Positions 9,501 through 18,396 of a stretch of 19,552 nt of DNA are shown here, in pieces. The notes under the pieces are model-generated. The model saw nothing but the letters and a program-made list of their open reading frames with translations. It did not search any database and was not told the origin of the DNA. Within the stretch, counting starts at the first letter, position 1. Each line of letters opens with the position of its first letter. Made by a program: the position numbers and the translations under genes. Origin of the DNA: Candidatus Krumholzibacteriales bacterium (lineage in GTDB: Bacteria; Krumholzibacteriota; Krumholzibacteriia; Krumholzibacteriales; WJIX01); the NCBI GenBank assembly GCA_046483305.1, contig JAWODM010000080.1:1-19552 (forward strand), given 5' to 3'.

Positions 9501-9737
9501 CATTACCTGATAGACAGAGGGTACATACGGAAGACCTTCATCGGTATCTGGGAGAAGAGCACCGGCAAGATGCTGGAAAGCCGAGGGGCACAGCCCGACA
9601 TCTATGTTGAGAATACGCCGGGCGAGGAGATGAGGGGCAAGGATAAACAGCTTGATAAAGCGATTGAATTCCTGATGGAGAAGGTTGAAAAGCAGCCCCG
9701 GGACCTCGATTATGAAGTTCAGATCGAAGAAAGGTAA
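6501..9737 (+). CDS. Tricorn-like protease, peptidase family S41 (1078 aa)
   Basis: ATG 6501 after a purine-rich RBS; signal peptide. WD40/PD40-like repeats (PIFSPDGKWIAF, WSPDGKWIAYVSD). C1 region EWKQIFNEGWR..FYDPNLHGVDW..GELNASH, a PDZ-like segment, and catalytic region IGYMHL..IIDVRYNGGG..YSFSDAE..GAQPDI. Confidence 0.92.
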   Translation: MKKSIIITLAVLIIISGSEWSQAEATADNKPLRLMRRPTISNGNVVFQYQDDLWEVSTEGGVARRLTVHPGREDFPIFSPDGKWIAFRGDYNERKGALCMMPAGGGEPQLLTYHQMGSMPACWTPDSKSVIFTSHRESYVTLFDEFFRIPASGGMPVEMKIGKGSFASFSPDGKKMAFNRHISRYWWWKRYKGSMNHDLWVFDFEEETFEQLTDYDGNDSWPMWTGERIYFVSDRNGDVRNIYYYDLSTEDIVQVTDFTDYGVTWPSMSGDGKKIVFEKDHRLFILHTETEDVSEVVVYAPTDNRINMISYIDPTDYIRSFDISSTGKRLVYQARGDIYTAPAEYGDVRNLTESSGARDRYPTWSPDGKWIAYVSDKSGDDEVYLIDQMGREEEKKLTSDGHFKQDVMWSPDSEKLLYSNEANELYMLEIDDPEPELICRNEHRDITSYHWSPDSRWVAYDFARRNRNRDVYIYDTGKDRTHKVTDNLADDTEPYFTPDGKYLLLITEKYRGINTLARISLLPEEEKPFEKEEDEETGITEDEDEDKDKKDKKKKDKDVEVKIQFEGIEDRMRRVPKTGGRSLHNVQATDRYYYYMIRGSRVFLFRPSYDLYAFDKKEIKSKKIASSISVYAMTRDKKKIGYYDGKFHIIKVGSKAGKKKDDDDKTLVDISNTRMTLDRREEWKQIFNEGWRVVKYHFYDPNLHGVDWDNIRNYYSGLLPYVRTRRELNTLMSEMVGELNASHQGVGRGDSPIEVPRTSMGFMGAKMVLDEKSGYPRFKKIYKSNYLSLSRGRSPLDAPYVKVKEGDYLLAIDGKELEPGENFFKYLVNRTKNKITITTNNRPEMKGSIETRFDPLYHDITLQYKDWVNSNTEAVDEASDGRIGYMHLKDMSGSGWIEFREKFERYRYKDGMIIDVRYNGGGSIDTRVIDYLERRPYHIQRSRGESPIERPHDVFDGEVVVLINEYSFSDAEVFPSAVRERGLGTVIGVPTLGFVIAVTPHYLIDRGYIRKTFIGIWEKSTGKMLESRGAQPDIYVENTPGEEMRGKDKQLDKAIEFLMEKVEKQPRDLDYEVQIEER

Positions 9738-9775
9738 CCCGGATAATTGAAACCGGAGAAAGTGTGAATAGAGTA

Positions 9776-9802
9776 AGCCGGGGAGGAATTTCCTCCCCGG
9801 CT
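9776..9802 (+). terminator. Intergenic hairpin between the tricorn and TPR genes
   Basis: AGCCGGGGAGGA / TCCTCCCCGGCT perfect 12-bp stem with a 3-nt loop. Only a weak U-tract follows. Confidence 0.55.
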
Positions 9803-9821
9803 GTTCTGAAAGGAGTAAAGG

Positions 9822-10553
9822 ATGAGGAATTTTATCACAGTGGCGTTGATTCTTTTTTTCGCCGCCACCGCATTCGCGGCCGATGAGAAGCCTTCGCCTT
9901 ACAGTGTTTATACCAGCGACAAGAACCCGGATAATTTTGTAAAGGCATACCGCCACTACGTTGAGTTGAGCGAGGACTCGCTGGATTATAATTCAACGGC
10001 TATGGTTGTTTACCTCGTCATGCACGAGATGGAGAGAAATCTGGGGATGCTGGAAGAGAACCGGTCAGAGTTGAAGAACCGGACAAAATTCTTATATGCA
10101 AACGCCCTTCTGGAGCTGGGCAGATACGAAGGGGCGATCTCACTTTATGAAGATTTGAATAAGAATGCGCCGAAGTGGTCCTGCCCCTGGAGGCACAAGG
10201 GCGAAGCATACTGGAAGAGCGGCGACCTGGAAGCAGCCGTAGAAGCACTGGAGATGGCGATAGAGACCAGGGAAACTCATTACGATGCATACGTCATGCT
10301 GGCCGAGGTTCTCCGGGACAGGGAAGAATACAAAAAAGCGCTGGAGACCCTTGAAAAAGGGCTCGGATACTACGGAAAGGATATTGAGGACCCCGAGGAA
10401 GAAGTAAGCTCTGTGGATGTTTATTTCCTGTACATGGATCTTCTGAAGAAGAACGGTAAGCAGGAAACAGAGCTTTTCAGAAATCTTTATGAAAAAGCCA
10501 GGAAAGCCGCGCCTGAAGACGAACGGCTGGATGAATGCGAGATTCTTGAATAA
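9822..10553 (+). CDS. Exported tetratricopeptide-repeat protein (243 aa)
   Basis: AAGGAG RBS; signal peptide ending AFA-A. TPR patterns YANALLELGRYEGAISLY, WRHKGEAYWKSGDLEAAVEALEMAI, AYVMLAEVL..YKKALETLEKGL. Confidence 0.85.
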   Translation: MRNFITVALILFFAATAFAADEKPSPYSVYTSDKNPDNFVKAYRHYVELSEDSLDYNSTAMVVYLVMHEMERNLGMLEENRSELKNRTKFLYANALLELGRYEGAISLYEDLNKNAPKWSCPWRHKGEAYWKSGDLEAAVEALEMAIETRETHYDAYVMLAEVLRDREEYKKALETLEKGLGYYGKDIEDPEEEVSSVDVYFLYMDLLKKNGKQETELFRNLYEKARKAAPEDERLDECEILE

Positions 10554-10590
10554 GGACCTGGCAACTGTCAGCGTTAATCAGGAATGGGAG

Positions 10591-10613
10591 CCGGGGCTGA
10601 CCTCATGCCCCGG
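10591..10613 (+). terminator. Short intergenic hairpin
   Basis: CCGGGGC / GCCCCGG 7-bp stem with a 9-nt loop, extendable with flanking GGGAG/GTTCC. Confidence 0.35.
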
Positions 10614-10672
10614 GTTCCGCGGAATCCAATCAGTGATTTCCGGGATATGACTGATTCCGGCAAGGAGTTCCC

Positions 10673-13600
10673 TTGAAAAGAGTAACAGCTTCTTTATTTC
10701 TGGTAATTATTCCCCTGCTCTTTTTTTCGGCCGCAAGGACCGCCGATTCGACAAAACCGGAACGTTTGTATGAAAAGCTGAGAAACCGGGATAAAGAGAG
10801 CAAAAGGGAAGCTGTTGAGTTTGCTGAAGAGCGGGGCATACCGGTAAGGGGGAAAGCAGCCGGAAACAGGGAATTTGAAATAATGGGGCTTACCGAAGGC
10901 CCTCCCCTCTATTACATAACCTTCAATCGTAATGCATCGATTACCACCAGGACAGATTCAGTCCTGTCATTTTCTTCCGGGGGTGAAGGATTCCGCCTGG
11001 GGATATGGGACGGCGGGCATGTAAGAACCACTCACCGTGAATTCCAGGGACGGGTGATTCTCTCGGGAGACGCGAATTACAGCACCTCGACTCATTCCAC
11101 TCATGTGGGGGGAACCATGATAGCTGCTGGGCTGGACTCCCTGGCCCGGGGTATGGCTCCGGCTGCGGAACTGATATCTTATGAGTGGAATAATGACGAA
11201 AGCGAGGTGGCCGAGGCCGCCGCCAACGGACTTCTCATTTCAAATCACTCTTACGGTTTCGTGAGGGGATGGTTGAAATACGGTTCATGGTACTGGTACG
11301 GTGACGTGAATATTGATCAGAATGAGGACTATCTTTTTGGATTCTACAGTAACAGGAGCAGGGTGTGGGATGAAGTGGCAAACGCCTCTCCAAATTGCCT
11401 GATAGTAGTATCCGCTGGGAACGACAGAGGAGACGGTCCTGAACCGGGGACCGATCACCTCTACTGGGACAGCGGCACTAACGGTTGGGCAAGAAGCACC
11501 AGGGTAAGAGAGCTGGACGGAGGAGATGACGGATACGACTGTCTTCCGGACGGCAACTCGGTGGCGAAAAATCTGCTGGTAGTGGGAGCGGTTGAGGATT
11601 TCGTTCCCGTTCCGGACACCTCTGCAGTGGAAATGACCTACTTTTCAGGATGGGGGCCTACCGACGACGGAAGAATAAAACCGGATATCTGCGGTAACGG
11701 GTGGAGGCTTTACTCCTGCAGCGACGAATCAGATTCCGATTATATTATTTACAGCGGAACCTCCATGGCGTCTCCCAATGTCAGCGGAACACTGGGGCTC
11801 CTGCACGATTATTACTCCGATATACATGATGGGAGAAAACTCCTGGGGTCGACAGTCAAGGCGCTTGCCATACACACTGCCAGGGAGGCCGGAGAAGCGA
11901 AGGGCCCAGATTACAGGTTCGGGTGGGGCCTTCTGGATGCCGTGGAGGCGGGCAGGGTGATTGAGGAAGATGCTTCCAGCGGCAGCGGCCTGATAGTCGA
12001 ATTGACGCTCCTGGAAGGTTCTCCCCTTGAATTCCAGGTGACAGGACGTGAAAGCGGCGAAGATATCAGAATTACCATATGCTGGAACGATCCGGCCGGA
12101 GAAGTTCCCGCTGCGGCCCTCAACAGCCGTGTTTCCGTTCTGGTCAACGATCTTGACCTCCGAGTGGAGGGAGCGGGCAATACTTACCACCCATGGGTGC
12201 TGGACCCTGACAACCCTTCTCTGCCGGCAGTAAGGGATGACAACGCAGTGGATAATGTTGAACAGGTGGTGGTGGAAAATCCGGGAAGCGATGTCTATAC
12301 GGTCAGGATACGGCACAAGGGGTCATTGAAGGATGGCAAGCAGGAGTTTTCTCTTATAGCCTCCGGGATTGGCCAGAGCCGTATAATAAGAGTTCTTGAA
12401 GACGGAAGCGGCGACGCGCCGGATATCGGCTCGGCTCTGGAAATGGCCCGGGATGGGAACCAGATTCTGGTTTATCCGGGGAATTACTATGAGAGCGGAC
12501 TGGTTCTTGATAAAAGAATACTTCTCAAGGGGGTGGGAGGACCGGATAACACCGCCATTACTGCGCATGACGGAAAGAGATGTCTCAAAGTGTCTCCTGA
12601 AGCTGAGGGATCGGTCATCGAGGGATTCGCCCTGGCCGGTGGAAAGAGGCGGGACTCCGGCAATGGAGGAGGATTACTGATCGGAGCCGACAGCGTTTCG
12701 GTAAGAGACTGCAGGATAACCTCATGTTACGGCGAACTCGGTGGAGGAATATACATTTCCGGGAAAAGTCCTTCGCTGCGCGAATGCGTAATCAGCGGTT
12801 GCGAGGCTTCTGCGGGCGGAGCGATATATATCGCCGGCGGCGACGCCGATGTACAGGAATGCAGGATAACGGGCAATATGGCTTCTGTTGAAGCCGGGGG
12901 CGTTTACATTGATAATTCTTTTCCAGGACTTGAGAACTGCACCATAGCCGACAACCTGTCTGGAGGCAGGGCGGGAGGAATTTATCTGAACCGCAGTTCA
13001 AGGGTGGAGATGAAGAACAATATCATCGCATTCAACGAAGCAGCGGGAATATGCAGCGAATCGTATGGTGGATACCTGATTATAAACTGCTGTAATATTT
13101 ACGGCAACACGACTGAATTTATGGGGGACGGACTGGAGGACCTGTTTCACACCGGGGGCAATATCTCCGAGGATCCCGTTTTCTGCGGCAGGGAAGACGG
13201 GATTTACACTATCGGCGACAGCTCCCCATGCACTGAAAACAGCAGCCTGTGCGGAGAAATAATCGGTTCGGAGGAGGTTGGGTGTCATACCAGATCGGTT
13301 ACTCTGGTAAAACCGGACGGCTCCGGAGACACAGAAACGATTCAGGAGGCTCTGGACGCGGCAGTTGACGGGGACACAATCTATCTCGCTCCGGGCACTT
13401 TTTCCGGAGATGGGAACAGGGATATATCAACCCGGGGCAAATCAGTTGTGGTGATATCAGTTAACGGTCCCCGGGAAACAATAATCGACTGTTCAACAAG
13501 CCAGGGCGGATACAGCGGATTCTTTTTTACCGGAGGAGAAGACAGTTCAACAGTCATAAAGGGGGTGAAGATAACAGGAGCGGGAGCCGGGGGAATCTGG

Positions 13601-15106
13601 TGTGATGGTTCCAACCCTTCCATACTGGACTGCGTAATTTCAGATAATATCCCTTCTGTGGGTTACAGGGGAGGGGGTGTGTACCTTGAGAATTCATCTC
13701 CGAAGATATCAGGATGTTACATTACCGGGAACCTGACCGGTTCCACGGGCGGCGGAATATTTTGCACGGGCAGTGAGCCGGTTGTCGAAAATTGTATTAT
13801 AAACGGTAATACAGCCTGCGAGAACGGGGGCGGTATAGACCTTAAGAGCGGCTCGTCGCTGGTAATAACCGGCTCTGAAATATCTGACAATATTTCCGAG
13901 ACCGGATTCGGCGGGGGATTGAATACGGTAATGTCCGATGCGGTTATTTCCGGTTGCCGTATAACCGGGAACAGAACCACAGAGAGCGGCGGCGGGATCT
14001 TCAACGGAACAAATTCAACTATGGAGATTGAGAACTCACTGGTGAGCGGTAACAGATCGACCGGTATGGCGGGAGGTATCTATGCGGGAAGCGGCATTAT
14101 AATTACCGGCTGCACTATCACATCCAACTATGCCCCTCTGTACGGATCCGGAATCGAGTGCGTGAGCGGGCCGTCCGCCGCTATCTACAGGTCGGTAATC
14201 GCATTCAATGAAGGCTCTGAAGGGTTATATTCAATCATCGGAGATGCTGATATTTCCTGCAGCGATCTCTTCGGCAACCCCGAAGGGAATTACGGGGGAG
14301 GGGGCTCCGACCAGACCGGGATGAATGGAAATATATCGGCTGATCCACAATTCTGCGATACCCTTTCAGGTGACTGGAGGATATCTACCGCTTCTCCCTG
14401 TATGCCGGGCGGCAACGGATGCGGAATACTGATGGGAGCTTACGGCGCCGGTTGCGGCGACCTGCCGGACCTGACAGTATCAGCGCCCGTGTTCGATCCG
14501 GGCATCCCGGTTGCCGGCAGTTCATGCAGGTTGTCTTTAATGGCAAGAAACACCGGTACGGCAGCTGCCGATACGGTAACAGTCTATATTTATCAGAATC
14601 CGGAAAACCGGCCTTACGGCGATACAGAACCACGCAGTCTGGAATCATCATCACTCGCAGCCGGTGATTCAGTAAGACTTGAACTGGAAATATTCAGAAC
14701 TGAACCGGGTGTTGAAGATATTTATCTGGTACTGGACCCTGAAGATCTGGTCAATGAGTCCGGGGAGGACAACAACACGGCCGGGCCGTACCAGCTGGAG
14801 TGGGTTTCTGAAGACCAGGGGTTTCCTGAATACACAGGACTGGTTAATATATACCCCAACCCTTCCAGGGAGACTGTTGAGATAGAATATCAGCTCAGTG
14901 TGAGAGAAGCGCCTGAAATATCAATTTTTGATACCGCCGGCAGGGTTATCAGAAAATGGAAAGGGCCGTCCCTCGCACCTGGCGAGTATACCCTCCACTG
15001 GAACGGGAGGAACCGGAACGGTATTAAGGTTGCCTCGGGGATCTACATAGTAAGGTTTGTGGCGTCTGGAGTGGATAATTCACGCAAAGCCGTAATAATC
15101 CGTTAA
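10673..15106 (+). CDS. Secreted multidomain S8 (subtilisin-like) serine peptidase with two right-handed parallel beta-helix modules, CARDB domain and C-terminal FlgD-Ig/T9SS-like domain (1477 aa)
   Basis: TTG start after AAGGAG; signal peptide. Triad motifs GIWDGG, THSTHVGGT and GTSMASP, plus oxyanion SAGND. GGGI-type beta-helix repeats, LPDLTVS...LDPEDLVNESGEDNN (CARDB), and IYPNP...LHWNGRNRNGIKVASGIYIVRF. Confidence 0.9.
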   Translation: MKRVTASLFLVIIPLLFFSAARTADSTKPERLYEKLRNRDKESKREAVEFAEERGIPVRGKAAGNREFEIMGLTEGPPLYYITFNRNASITTRTDSVLSFSSGGEGFRLGIWDGGHVRTTHREFQGRVILSGDANYSTSTHSTHVGGTMIAAGLDSLARGMAPAAELISYEWNNDESEVAEAAANGLLISNHSYGFVRGWLKYGSWYWYGDVNIDQNEDYLFGFYSNRSRVWDEVANASPNCLIVVSAGNDRGDGPEPGTDHLYWDSGTNGWARSTRVRELDGGDDGYDCLPDGNSVAKNLLVVGAVEDFVPVPDTSAVEMTYFSGWGPTDDGRIKPDICGNGWRLYSCSDESDSDYIIYSGTSMASPNVSGTLGLLHDYYSDIHDGRKLLGSTVKALAIHTAREAGEAKGPDYRFGWGLLDAVEAGRVIEEDASSGSGLIVELTLLEGSPLEFQVTGRESGEDIRITICWNDPAGEVPAAALNSRVSVLVNDLDLRVEGAGNTYHPWVLDPDNPSLPAVRDDNAVDNVEQVVVENPGSDVYTVRIRHKGSLKDGKQEFSLIASGIGQSRIIRVLEDGSGDAPDIGSALEMARDGNQILVYPGNYYESGLVLDKRILLKGVGGPDNTAITAHDGKRCLKVSPEAEGSVIEGFALAGGKRRDSGNGGGLLIGADSVSVRDCRITSCYGELGGGIYISGKSPSLRECVISGCEASAGGAIYIAGGDADVQECRITGNMASVEAGGVYIDNSFPGLENCTIADNLSGGRAGGIYLNRSSRVEMKNNIIAFNEAAGICSESYGGYLIINCCNIYGNTTEFMGDGLEDLFHTGGNISEDPVFCGREDGIYTIGDSSPCTENSSLCGEIIGSEEVGCHTRSVTLVKPDGSGDTETIQEALDAAVDGDTIYLAPGTFSGDGNRDISTRGKSVVVISVNGPRETIIDCSTSQGGYSGFFFTGGEDSSTVIKGVKITGAGAGGIWCDGSNPSILDCVISDNIPSVGYRGGGVYLENSSPKISGCYITGNLTGSTGGGIFCTGSEPVVENCIINGNTACENGGGIDLKSGSSLVITGSEISDNISETGFGGGLNTVMSDAVISGCRITGNRTTESGGGIFNGTNSTMEIENSLVSGNRSTGMAGGIYAGSGIIITGCTITSNYAPLYGSGIECVSGPSAAIYRSVIAFNEGSEGLYSIIGDADISCSDLFGNPEGNYGGGGSDQTGMNGNISADPQFCDTLSGDWRISTASPCMPGGNGCGILMGAYGAGCGDLPDLTVSAPVFDPGIPVAGSSCRLSLMARNTGTAAADTVTVYIYQNPENRPYGDTEPRSLESSSLAAGDSVRLELEIFRTEPGVEDIYLVLDPEDLVNESGEDNNTAGPYQLEWVSEDQGFPEYTGLVNIYPNPSRETVEIEYQLSVREAPEISIFDTAGRVIRKWKGPSLAPGEYTLHWNGRNRNGIKVASGIYIVRFVASGVDNSRKAVIIR

Positions 15107-15112
15107 AGGTGT

Positions 15113-15140
15113 TACGGCCCCGGGGTGATCCGGGGCCGTA
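15113..15140. terminator. Hairpin between convergent genes, probable bidirectional terminator
   Basis: TACGGCCCCGG / CCGGGGCCGTA 11-bp stem between the stops at 15106 (+) and 15161 (-), followed by GTTT on the + strand. Confidence 0.7.
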
Positions 15141-15160
15141 GTTTCCGCATGTTTCAACCT

Positions 15161-17926
15161 CTATTTGAATTCGTCAAGTGCATGTTCGTCCAGGTCGCCG
15201 GATACTGCTATAATATAATTTTCCGTGTCCAGGTACCGGTTGGCGGCTTCCTTGATATCCTGGAGCGTTACCGCCATGATCCTTTCCCTTTTCCTGTCAA
15301 AGTGATCGAGCGGTTTGCCTGTTTTAAGCTGGTCATAGATTATCGACCCGATGTCGTCGGGCGTTCTTACGTACATGCTCAGAAGCGATATCTTTCTCGC
15401 CTTGGCTTTTTCCAGCTCTTCGGCTGTAACTCCGTTCTCCTGAACCTTGCGTATCTCCTCGAACATACCTTTAATCATCCTTGCCACCTTGGTCCTGTCG
15501 GTGTTGGTACGGATGTTCCAGTATCCGCCTTCTTCGCGGACCCATAGATTACTTCTTATCCCGTAACTCAATCCCTGTTTATCTCTCAGCTCTACACCCA
15601 TCCGGGAGGTAAGAGAGCTTCCGCAGAGGATGTGCTCGAGGAGCTTTATAGCTTCCATATCCGGATTTGATTCCATAATACCTCCGGGTACCGGATTGAA
15701 GGCAATGTCCACTCTGCACTGTTTATATTCGGGGTTTGAAAATACTATGACTTTCTTGCCCTCAATCCTTTCGATTCTTCCAAAGGGGAGCATCGGGTCA
15801 TTCGATTCCTTATTCCAGCTTCCCAGAGTTCTGTTCAGCTTCTCTGCCAGCCATTCTCTGTCGAAATCCCCGACAGCAACTATTTTCATTCTCTCTGGAC
15901 TGTAATACTTGTTATAAAACCCGACCAGGTCCTCCCTGGTCAGATTTCTGAATACGTCCGGGTCGCCGCCGTGGGAAACAGAGTACTGATGCCCCTCGAA
16001 CACATCTTCGAACATGCCGTAGAAAGCCTTCATCCTATCGGTTTTCTTAAAATCCTCGGCGCTGGAAATCGCCCTGGGCCTTATCTTTTCGATCTGCTTT
16101 TCCGGGAATGATGGCCCGGTGAGGCAGCCGGTAAGCCCTTCCAGCATCAACCCGGCATCTTCCCTGAGCGAATAGCCATGGAAAGCGATATTGTTCCAGC
16201 TCTGGTCTATAGCTACGGAGTAGGGAATGAAAGAGCGTTCCTCCAGCATTTCGTCGTAATCGCGTTTATCCGTTCCCCGCATCAGCATCGACTCGGTCAT
16301 TGATCGAATTCCGGGTCTTTCCATATTTTCAGGTATGCGGCCGGTTTTTATGAAACCCATAATCATAACGGTTGGAAAATCATGATTCTCGATAAAATAT
16401 ACAGTTGTGCCGTTATCAAGAACCAGGGAATCGACCAGGGGTGCTATCGGGTTCGGAGCTATTATCTCATCCAGGCTCGGTGTGTAAATATCACGGACGA
16501 GCTGAGATGCGCCCTGGTCTGTGGTATGAGCGCTGGTTGCCTCCTCTGTTTCATGAACATCTTCGACATCCTCTTCGGTCCCGGAACCGCCATCTTCTCC
16601 TGTAGAATCAGGGAATGAATAGCACAGAACCAGATTGTCGGGGTTCAGATATTTCGCCGCAACTTTCTGTATATCATCCCTGCTTACCTGCTCAACCATC
16701 CGGTTCCATCTGTTGATATATTCCCATCCTATGTAATTCTCGTAAATACCCAGGCGGTTACCTATCTTGCTGGTATACTGGTCTCCGGTAATCTCGTCGA
16801 ACTTTATATTATTCTTGATCTTCTGGAGGTCGTATTCATCCACCGGATAGTTCTTAAGAGAATCGATCTCTTCCCAGAGCGCGGCCTCCACATCATCGAC
16901 GGAAGAACCGGGGAGCAGGCGGATACCGACATTGAAGGTGCGGGGGTCCTTGCTGAATGACAATCCTCCACCCACGGTGGAACAGAGTTCCTCCTGACGG
17001 ACCAGCCGTTTATACAGCCTGGAAGTGGCGCTTCTCCCGCATAGTATTTTGCCCGCGACATAAAGAGCGGGGCCGTTATCCTGGAAGCGGGTGGGCGCGT
17101 GAAAATACATATTAACCGCGTCATTCAAGATATCAGGGTGCTTGAATTTCAGTACCTTCTGCCCTTCCGGCATCACCCTGTAGAATCTGGGAGTATCCAG
17201 TTCCGGGCCTCTGGGGATCGGGCCGAAATACGTTTTCACCTTCTCCAGTATTTCTTCAGTGTCAAAATCTCCGCACAAAACCAGGGTCGCGTTATTCGGG
17301 GTGTAATATCTTCTGTAGTAATCGTATGCCTGGTTACGGGTTATCGACAGGATATCTTCCATCCATCCTATTACGGGATGACGGTAGGGATGATTCTTGT
17401 ATATCAGCGTGTTTACTTCTTCCCTCCTTTTGCCTCTGGCGCTGTTCTCGGTCCTCTGCCGCCTTTCCTGAGCTATTACCTGAATCTCGCTGGCGAACTC
17501 GGTGGGATCCAACTCACACTTATGCATCCTTTCCGATTCTATGTCAAAGGCAAGATCGATTTTGTTTTTGGGCAGGAGTTCGTAGTAGACTGTAATGTCA
17601 TTGGAAGTAAAAGCATTGAATATTCCGCCGTTTGCGGAAATCAGGTCGGCGATGGTACCCTTGGGAAACTTTCTGGTACCCTTGAACATCATATGCTCCA
17701 CAATGTGAGATATTCCGGTCTGTCCGTAAGGCTCATACTTGGAACCAACATTGTAGGTAAGCCGGGAATAGATAACCGGGGCGGTGTGCATTTCATAGGT
17801 AATTACATGAAGGCCGTTCTCCAGGGTGAACTCCCTGACCTTGGAATCCTCCAGGGCGACGGCTGAGCCGAATACGGTAAAAAACAGAATAATTATTATT
17901 GCAGGTATAGCCCTCTTGATTTTCAT
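15161..17926 (-). CDS. M16 family (pitrilysin/insulinase-like) zinc metallopeptidase, fused two-half form (921 aa)
   Basis: AAGGAGG RBS; signal peptide. Motif TLENGL..VGSKYE..GISHIVEHMMFKGT (HxxEH)..NAFTS. The second half lacks HxxEH but has the ELRDKQGLSYG motif. Confidence 0.93.
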   Translation of the reverse strand: MKIKRAIPAIIIILFFTVFGSAVALEDSKVREFTLENGLHVITYEMHTAPVIYSRLTYNVGSKYEPYGQTGISHIVEHMMFKGTRKFPKGTIADLISANGGIFNAFTSNDITVYYELLPKNKIDLAFDIESERMHKCELDPTEFASEIQVIAQERRQRTENSARGKRREEVNTLIYKNHPYRHPVIGWMEDILSITRNQAYDYYRRYYTPNNATLVLCGDFDTEEILEKVKTYFGPIPRGPELDTPRFYRVMPEGQKVLKFKHPDILNDAVNMYFHAPTRFQDNGPALYVAGKILCGRSATSRLYKRLVRQEELCSTVGGGLSFSKDPRTFNVGIRLLPGSSVDDVEAALWEEIDSLKNYPVDEYDLQKIKNNIKFDEITGDQYTSKIGNRLGIYENYIGWEYINRWNRMVEQVSRDDIQKVAAKYLNPDNLVLCYSFPDSTGEDGGSGTEEDVEDVHETEEATSAHTTDQGASQLVRDIYTPSLDEIIAPNPIAPLVDSLVLDNGTTVYFIENHDFPTVMIMGFIKTGRIPENMERPGIRSMTESMLMRGTDKRDYDEMLEERSFIPYSVAIDQSWNNIAFHGYSLREDAGLMLEGLTGCLTGPSFPEKQIEKIRPRAISSAEDFKKTDRMKAFYGMFEDVFEGHQYSVSHGGDPDVFRNLTREDLVGFYNKYYSPERMKIVAVGDFDREWLAEKLNRTLGSWNKESNDPMLPFGRIERIEGKKVIVFSNPEYKQCRVDIAFNPVPGGIMESNPDMEAIKLLEHILCGSSLTSRMGVELRDKQGLSYGIRSNLWVREEGGYWNIRTNTDRTKVARMIKGMFEEIRKVQENGVTAEELEKAKARKISLLSMYVRTPDDIGSIIYDQLKTGKPLDHFDRKRERIMAVTLQDIKEAANRYLDTENYIIAVSGDLDEHALDEFK

Positions 17927-18009
17927 CGGTCCTCCTTTGAACTGAACATAAGGGGTAGGGTGAAAAAGTTAAATTTTTGAATGCTGCTGACGTAACTGCA
18001 ACATTAGTT

Positions 18010-18038
18010 ATTATAATCAGACCGGACGCATATTCCAA
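18010..18038 (-). promoter_or_regulatory. Putative sigma70-type promoter for the M16 gene
   Basis: Minus strand reads TTGGAA (18038-18033), 17 nt, then TATAAT (18015-18010), about 85 bp upstream of the start codon. Confidence 0.45.
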
Positions 18039-18148
18039 CCGGGAAATTCAAAATAATCGGGAATAGGAAGAGAGATCATAACCCACTTCCTGCTCTAAGG
18101 AAGCTTCTTTGTTTTGGGGAGGGGGAGTGGGCGGCTCTTCGGGGGGCG

Positions 18149-18391
18149 GTGGAGTCTGTGCGGGGTGGCGGGGAAGAAAAAGAAGAAGAACTACAGGAAG
18201 AGTTAATAAAAGAGATAGAGATCCGGGAAGAGACTGAGGCTGAAATTGCTTCTGGCGAGGAAATCTTTTTCAGGCGAAAGCCCTGGTACGAGAAGCAGAG
18301 ATGGGACGAGATCCTGGATGAAAGAACCCGCTGGGGAGACCTCAGCATCGAGAACCAGAAGAAACTGATTAAACTGATCGGAAGGAGGTAA
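18149..18391 (+). CDS. Small Glu-rich hypothetical ORF or gene remnant abutting the IS left end
   Basis: Purine-rich, coding-like sequence. The frame is open from about 18017 with no ATG (GTG at 18149). Its TAA falls within the putative IS terminus. No family recognised. Confidence 0.3.
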   Translation: MESVRGGGEEKEEELQEELIKEIEIREETEAEIASGEEIFFRRKPWYEKQRWDEILDERTRWGDLSIENQKKLIKLIGRR

Positions 18392-18396
18392 AGTAA

